Shown: positions 61,966 to 64,000 of the stretch, piece by piece
Numbering within the stretch: position 1 is the stretch's first letter
How the letters are laid out: every line of letters begins with the position of its first letter
NCBI GenBank assembly: GCA_030390025.1
Contig: JASTWF010000104.1
Coordinates: 248,001-312,000, forward strand
DNA: 64,000 bases
Source of the DNA: Squalus acanthias
Lineage: Eukaryota
Reading direction: 5' to 3'
The notes under the pieces: generated by a model
What the model saw: only the letters and a program-made list of their open reading frames with translations
Databases searched by the model: none
Told to the model about the DNA's origin: nothing
Position numbers and translations under genes: made by a program

Positions 61966-62264
61966 GTATCAGTGGGGACATCATCATGACCCAGTCTCCC
62001 CCGGTGCTGTCAGTGAGTCAGGGACAGACCGCGACCATCACCTGTACCGCCAGCTCATCCATTAGCTACTACCTTGCTTGGTACCAGCAGAAAGCCGGCC
62101 AGAAACCCTCTCTCCTGATCTATGATGCAACAACTCGTTTCACAGGAACCTCGGAGCGTTTCACCGGCAGTCAACAGTCCAACACGTTCACCCTGACCAT
62201 CAGCAATGTGCAGAGTGAGGATGTGGCAGACTATTACTGTCAGCAAGATAACAGCTTCCCTCTA
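61966..62264 (+). CDS. IGKV: Ig light-chain V exon, kappa / NS4-like, germline unrearranged
   Basis: [59 protein letters not shown]...[15 protein letters not shown]; AG acceptor at 61964-61965. Confidence 0.95.
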
Positions 62265-62292
62265 CACAGTGAGACAGAGCCTTACAAAAACC
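62265..62292 (+). other. Recombination signal sequence, 12-bp spacer
   Basis: CACAGTG AGACAGAGCCTT ACAAAAACC. Confidence 0.98.
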
Positions 62293-62297
62293 TCAAT

Positions 62298-64000
62298 ACA
62301 CACAGCACCACCTCCTGTACTGACTCACCCCACAGTTATATATAATATATAATGATGGACACACAGCACCGCCTCCTGTACTGACTCACCCCACAGTTAT
62401 ATATAATATATAATAATGGACACACAGCACCGCCTCCTGTACTGACTCACCACACAGTTATATATAATATATAATAATGGACACACAGCACCGCCTCCTG
62501 TACTGACTCACCCCACAGTTATATATAATAATGGACACACAGCACCGCCTCCTGTACTGACTCACCCCACAGTTATACATAATATATAATAATGGACACA
62601 CAGCACCGCCTCCTGTACCGACTCACCCCACAGTTATATATAATATATAATAATGGACACACACACCGCCTCCTGTACTGACTCACCCCACAGTTATATA
62701 TAATATATAATAATGGACACACAGCACCGCCTCCTGTACTGACTCACCCCACAGTTATATATAATATATAATAATGGACACACAGCACCGCCTCCTGTAC
62801 TTACACACCCCACAGTTATATATAATATATAATAATGGACACACAGCACCGCCTCCTGTACTGACTCACCCCACAGTTATATATAATATATAATAATGGA
62901 CACACAGCACCGCCTCCTGTACTGACTCACCCCACAGTTATATATAATATATAATAATGGACACACAGCACCGCCTCCTGTACTGACTCACCCCACAGTT
63001 ATATATAATATATAATAATGGACACACAGCACCGCCTCCTGTACTGACTCACCCCACAGTTATATATATTATATAATAATGGACACACAGCACCGCCTCC
63101 TGTACTGACTCACCCCACAGTTATATATAATATATAATAATGGACACACAGCACCGCCTCCTGTACTGACTCACCCCACAGTTATATATAATATATAATA
63201 ATGGACACACAGCACCGCCTCCTGTACTGACTCACCCCACAGTTATATATAATATATAATAATGGACACACAGCACCGCCTCCTGTACTGACTCACCCCA
63301 CAGTTATATATAATATATAATAATGGACACACAGCACCGCCTCCTGTACTGACTCACCCCACAGTTATATATAATATATAATAATGGACACACAGCACCG
63401 CCTCCTGTACTGACTCACCCCACAGTTATATATAATATATAATAATGGACACACAGCACCGCCTCCTGTACTGACTCACCCCACAGTTATATATAATATA
63501 TAATAATGGACACACAGCACCGCCTCCTGTACTGACTCACCCCACAGTTATATATAATATATAATAATGGACACACAGCACCGCCTCCTGTACTGACTCA
63601 CCCCACAGTTATATATATAATAATGGACACACAGCACCGCCTCCTGTACTGACTCACCCCACAGTTATATATAATATATAATAATGGACACACAGCACCG
63701 CCTCCTGTACTGACTCACCCCACAGTTATATATAATATATAATAATGGACACACAGCACCGCCTCCTGTACTGACTCACCCCACAGTTATATATAATATA
63801 TAATAATGGACACACAGCACCGCCTCCTGTACTGACTCACCCCACAGTTATATATAATATATAATAATGGACACACAGCACCGCCTCCTGTACTGACACA
63901 CCCCACAGTTATATATAATATATAATAATGGACACACAGCACCGCCTCCTGTACTGACTCACCCCACAGTTATATATAATATATAATAATGGACACACAG
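62298..64000. repeat. 61-bp tandem repeat array in inverted orientation (about 28 units, continues off window)
   Basis: Reverse complement of the left array unit; starts 5 bp after the nonamer. Confidence 0.99.

Larger units (their letters stand above)
53079..62297. repeat. Right arm of the inverted segmental duplication
   Basis: Reverse complement of 31227-40340 with arm-specific indels. Confidence 0.95.

Noticed and set aside
62000-62030. FR1 sequence CGGTGCTGT..GTGAGTCAG complementary to two 9-mers of the satellite
   Set aside because: Short matches in a different order and spacing; FR1 is constrained by protein coding; chance is likely
31227-62297. Inverted duplication as a pure assembly fold-back artefact
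   Set aside because: Arms differ by many SNPs, CDR changes, repeat copy numbers and TSD-flanked insertions
61848-62345. 165-aa single-exon ORF as the real protein
   Set aside because: It reads through intron and RSS; the true structure is leader 61731-61779 spliced to V 61966-62264

Overview
Vertebrate genomic DNA, almost certainly from a cartilaginous fish (shark-type Ig kappa/NS4-like V genes, shark-type SINEs and CR1 LINEs). The window is one large inverted duplication. Two intact, unrearranged Ig light-chain V genes (leader exon, intron, V exon, perfect 12-bp-spacer RSS) point away from each other at 31260-31791 (-) and 61731-62264 (+). Each is followed about 5 bp after its RSS nonamer by the same 61-bp tandem repeat: about 30.5 kb on the left, at least 1.7 kb on the right where it runs off the window. 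No J or C segment is visible. The left array holds six near-identical copies of one 5'-truncated Penelope-like element. Each copy keeps an open GIY-YIG endonuclease frame whose ATG is created by the satellite junction, plus a minimal hammerhead ribozyme motif. The duplicated arms (about 31.2-40.3 kb and 53.1-62.3 kb) carry minisatellites, a decayed Harbinger-like transposon, SINE/LINE fragments and RABGAP1L-like exon remnants. The spacer between the arms holds a solo LTR interrupted by a young CR1 LINE, and an internally deleted env-bearing LTR retroelement (tRNA-Arg PBS, gag, partial pol, fusion-protein-like env). Family assignments come from motif recognition and recall, not database searches.
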